Source: Podarcis gaigeae (lineage: Eukaryota). From it: a stretch of DNA of 64,000 nt. A program made the translations under genes and the position numbers. Positions 63,910 to 64,000 of this stretch are shown here, piece after piece. The stretch lies in the NCBI GenBank assembly GCA_964106915.2, contig OZ066919.1. The stretch is one strand, 5' to 3'. The notes beneath the pieces are model-generated. The model worked only from the letters and a program-made list of their open reading frames with translations, did no database searches and was not told where the DNA came from. Within the stretch, counting starts at the first letter, position 1. Each line of letters begins with the position of its first letter.

Positions 63910-64000
63910 ATGTGCCCACGCCGGAACCCCCAAGACCAGCGCTTGTAATAGAGGTGTCGCTAGAGCTGCCAAACGGACACCCACTAAAGATTAAGACGCT
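63855..64000 (+). CDS. Start of pol/protease in the -1 frame (SQRLAATIGAQQPGQRAVNVPTPEPPRPALVIEVSLELPNGHPLKIKT...), partial
   Basis: The -1 frame is open from just after TAA 63840-63842 to the window end. The C-terminal residues resemble the strand preceding the aspartic-protease D-S/T-G site, which itself lies beyond the window. Confidence 0.7.

Larger units (their letters stand above)
62444..64000 (+). mobile_element. Ty3/Gypsy LTR retrotransposon, Tf1/sushi (chromovirus/PEG10-related) class; 5' part, runs off the window
   Basis: Abrupt shift to GC/CpG-rich sequence at TGTCAGG (62444), putative LTR, self-complementary PBS, intact gag, and an open -1 pol frame. Confidence 0.92.

Noticed and set aside
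1-64000. CRISPR array, operon or prokaryotic defence system
   Set aside because: The window is a spliced vertebrate gene with interspersed repeats; there is no repeat-spacer array or dense gene cluster.

Overview
This is vertebrate intronic and exonic DNA from a squamate reptile. The Sauria/Squam SINE and L2/hAT repeat content suggests a lacertid lizard. Nearly the whole window is the 3' two-thirds of the neurofascin gene (NFASC, L1-CAM family) on the minus strand. I traced 21 phase-consistent exons from 61410 down to 3466: Ig4-Ig6, the Ig6-FN1 linker microexon, FN1-FN4 (including the RGD-bearing NF155-type FN3 cassette), the 15-nt microexon, the mucin-like PAT exon, FN5, the transmembrane exon and the first cytoplasmic exon. 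The 5' exons and the terminal FIGQY exon lie outside the window. The introns hold Sauria and other SINEs, CR1, L2 and RTE-X-like LINE fragments, and many hAT, Tc1-mariner and Harbinger-type MITEs. The right end is the 5' part of a young Tf1/sushi-class (PEG10-related) Ty3/Gypsy element, antisense to NFASC. It has an intact gag, an 11-nt self-priming PBS duplex and an H-type pseudoknot at a -1 gag-pol frameshift. The most interesting undescribed-looking signals are: a candidate 12-nt stop-containing microexon that would delete the ankyrin-binding tail, a second candidate 36-nt linker microexon, a strong excess of AAG/GAG splice acceptors, a duplicated donor site, and QKI and Rbfox motif clusters beside the alternative exons. 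I see no prokaryotic-type system (CRISPR, operons). Protein and repeat identifications are from recalled sequences, not from searches.
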